Source: Antedon mediterranea (lineage: Eukaryota; Animalia; Echinodermata). Taken from it: a DNA stretch of 64,000 bases. The notes beneath the pieces are model-generated. The model made no database searches. It was not told where the DNA came from and saw nothing but the letters and a program-made list of their open reading frames with translations. Position 1 is the stretch's first letter. The number at the start of each line of letters is the position of its first letter. The DNA is taken from positions 30,504,001-30,568,000 of the forward strand of contig NC_092674.1 of NCBI RefSeq assembly GCF_964355755.1. Direction: 5' to 3'. The translations under genes and the position numbers were made by a program. Shown here in pieces: positions 60,901 to 64,000 of this stretch.

Positions 60901-63354
60901 ACTGAGAGATTGGGATGTTCCATTCATCGCAAATCAATACATTTGTATAATCATATATTAAATCTATCAACATAGTATTTTTTAAAGAAAATCGGCCTGT
61001 CTTCAACATTATGATGGTGTACTCTAGCTGTTCAACCGGTTTTCAGCTATTAAAAACAATTATCGTAGGAGGAGATAGGAAAATGCGAAGCCTCCTCGCA
61101 TTTTTGTGGCGGGTATTTTTCAAGATGGACATCCATTAGACAGTGTATACCACGATCGGAAAACACCCCTATTTGAGGCAAATCGTTGAACCTAAATTCG
61201 TTTTAATCGTCAATAACTAATTATCTAACTTAATTTAATTAGTAAACAGGGTTACATCAGGTGGTTAAAATCAGTACCGAAAGTACGAACCAACTTTATA
61301 TACCATCGAGTAAAAATTCTAGAAGTAAGGCGTGATTTACCGAATTTTGCCCTTACGTAAATTTATATATAGACTAGATGGTACGCTCGCTTCGCTCGCG
61401 TACCATCTAGGTCGTGCCCACAGATGGTTCTCGAATACACAGTAATTTCAGGGTAAAAAATCTGGCGATTTCAAATGCACGTACCGCAGGACTTAACTAT
61501 AATACATTGTCGTTTACAGAAACGAATAAGTAGACACAATGATTTATGTAGTCAACCAAAATTAGCACCCTGGGAATTACTTCCGAAAGAGAAATTTACC
61601 ACAAAATGAGTCCAAATTGTTTATTCATTTAAAGAAACCCAATTAGGGTTGAGGGATGGGAAAGAGGATAGGTACAAAGAGGAACAATTTTTAAATATAT
61701 TCTTTATCCACGTCAGTAACGAAATATTGTTTTCATTTTTTATAGGCCTATAAATAATATACCACTAACGGTGACTAAATATAGTAAAACATTTGCGATT
61801 TAATACTTTGTTAAAACTGTCACTGTCATAATCGATTGAAATAGTAAAGTACATGTAACGATACACCACTACGACGTTTATATTTTTGTAATTATTAATT
61901 AATGCAAACATTGAGAAGCAACTGTCAGTAATAAAGTTTATTTGTATATTACGTGTTTATATATCTAACAGTAGAGCCTACCCATAATCACAGTAATAAA
62001 GTTTATTTGTATATATTTTTTTTACATCTAACAGTATTCACAGTAAGAAATGTTTGTATATATTTTTTTACATCTATTCACAGTAAGAAATGTTCGATTC
62101 AAATGACGACCAAAAATGGTTAATAGGACGTGTTTGCAGTACTGTATTGTCAAAGTATTGCAAGTTTATTCTCCAAGGGCTCATAAATTTACCTACTTGT
62201 GTTAAACCAAACTGGCAGACTGAGAGATTGGAATGTTCCATTCATCGCAAATCAATACATTTGTAAAAACGTAAATTAAATCTATCAAAATAGTATTTTT
62301 TAAAGAAAATCGGCCTGTCTTCAACATTATGATGCTGTACCCGAGCAGTTCAACCGGTTTTCAGCTATTTAACACAATTATCGTAGGAGGAGATAGGAAA
62401 ATGCGAAGCGTCCTCGTATTATTGTGTGCGGGTATTTTTCAAGTTGGACATCCATTAGACAGTGTATACCACGATCGGAAAACACCCCTATTTGGGGCAA
62501 ATCGTTGAACCTAAATTCGTTTTAATCGTCAATAACTAATTATCTAACTCAATTTAATTAGTAAACAGGGTTACATCAGGTGGTTAAAATCAGTACCGAA
62601 AGTACGAACCAACTTTGTATACCATCGAGTAAAAATTCTAGAAGTAAGGCGCGATTTACTGAATTTTGCCCTTACGTAAATTTATATATAGATTACTATG
62701 TTAAACGTAAAATCTCGTTTATGTTAATACTATAGTTTTAGAATGAACACTTTTCTATTCGTTTTCTGTTTAAAAAAAAGATATATTTATCGTATATTTT
62801 TCAATCAAACATGTTTTTACTTCGACAGAGTTGTGAGCTTGTTAGTGGGCATATTATTTGCTGTCACACAAATGAAGTATGGCGTGGAATCAAAAACTGT
62901 TTGTCCAACCTTTTGGGTTCCATTCCAAGAAAGCTGTTATCGTATCTTTGGAAACTTGTTGAACTGGAGTGACGCAGAGGAAAGTTGTAACAAGTACTTC
63001 AATGAGTTCGAAATGGGTCACATGGTTTCTATCAGAAGCTCTGTTGAAAATCGGTTTGTCGCAGACCTCTGGGAATCGGCTACTAATGGGCGGACCACTA
63101 CGCCTGTCCAAGGAGGTGTACCGGTTAACTACTGGATTGGCTTGAGCAACAAAGACAATGTATCTCGTTGGGTATGGAGTGATACCAGCGAAGAAGCGGT
63201 GTATACAGAATGGGCCCCATCTGAACCAAATTACTTGCAAGTGGATCACTGCGCCCATACTTGGCCAAAAAATGGAAATAGCCTAACTTGGAACAACTGG
63301 CGCTGTGACAAATTGTTGTTCTTTGTGTGTGAGCTGCCCCAAAGCCGACATTAG
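57946..63354 (+). CDS. Secreted C-type lectin, copy 3 (exons 57946-57956 and 62829-63354)
   Basis: Identical translation to copies 1 and 2. Confidence 0.85.
58240..62692 (-). mobile_element. Three-Helitron array with nested MITE, copy 3
   Basis: Same as 9520-13972 at offset 48,720. Confidence 0.72.
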
Positions 63355-63437
63355 ATAAATTGTATGCAATTCGACATTGCGTTTTTAGTTCTCCCTTGTT
63401 TGCTTCTTAAATTGTACATAGTTTTTACACATTTTAT

Positions 63438-64000
63438 CTCGACGCGCCACCTAAAAACTCTCAATCCCAGTATAGCTTATGGCTCGACGCGTCACCTAAA
63501 AACTCTCAATCCCAGTATAGCTTTTGGCTCGACGCGCCACCTAAAAACTCTCAATCCCAGTATAGCTTATGGCTCGACGCGTCACCTAAAAACTCTCAAT
63601 CCCAGTATAGCTTTTGGGTCGACGCGCCACCTAAACACTCTCAATCCCAGTATAGCTTTTGGCTCGACGCGCCACCTAAACACTCTCAATCCCAGTATAG
63701 CTTATGGCTCGACGCGCCACCTAAACACTCTCAATCCCAGTATAGCTTATGGCTCGCGACGCGTCACCTAAAAACTCTCAATCCCAGTATAGCTTTTGGC
63801 TCGACGCGCCACCTAAACACTCAATTCCAGTATAGCTTATGGCTCGACGCGTCACCTAAACACTCAATCCTAGTATAGCTTATGGCTCGACGCGTCACCT
63901 AAACACTCAATCCCGGTATAGCTTTTGGCTCGACGCGTCACCTAAACACTCAATCCCAGTATAGCTTATGACTCGACGCGTCACCTAAACACTCAATCCC
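63438..64000. repeat. 45/43-bp minisatellite, copy 3 (truncated by the window end)
   Basis: Same units as 14718-15572. Confidence 0.95.

Larger units (their letters stand above)
55621..64000. repeat. Tandem segmental duplication unit 3 (partial, runs off the window)
   Basis: Matches unit 2 at offset 19,780-19,781. Confidence 0.92.

Overview
AT-rich animal genomic DNA with intron-containing genes. The lectin resembles sea-urchin echinoidin, which suggests an echinoderm (inference). Most of the window (about 6.9 kb to the end) is a very young tandem amplification with a period of about 19,781 bp, giving about 2.4 near-identical copies plus an older, more diverged copy at the left. Each unit contains: (i) a + strand two-exon secreted EPN-type C-type lectin gene whose intron holds three head-to-tail non-autonomous Helitrons, one carrying a TTAA-TSD MITE, followed by a 45/43-bp minisatellite; (ii) two - strand paralogues of a type II transmembrane collagen-EGF gene, which I reconstructed as 10 coding exons and 375 aa. 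Only the left collagen gene (2931-7225) is intact. The amplified copies carry either a 4-bp frameshift or a deletion of the ATG/TM exons. One unit has an apparently intact, very recent 9,155-bp Ty3/Gypsy retrotransposon in an intron, with 1,384-bp LTRs, a tRNA-Pro PBS, a PNMA-like Gag, a G_GGA_AAC -1 frameshift with a pseudoknot, and PR-RT-RH-IN. The empty site is visible in the next copy. All gene models and alignments were made by eye; no searches were run.
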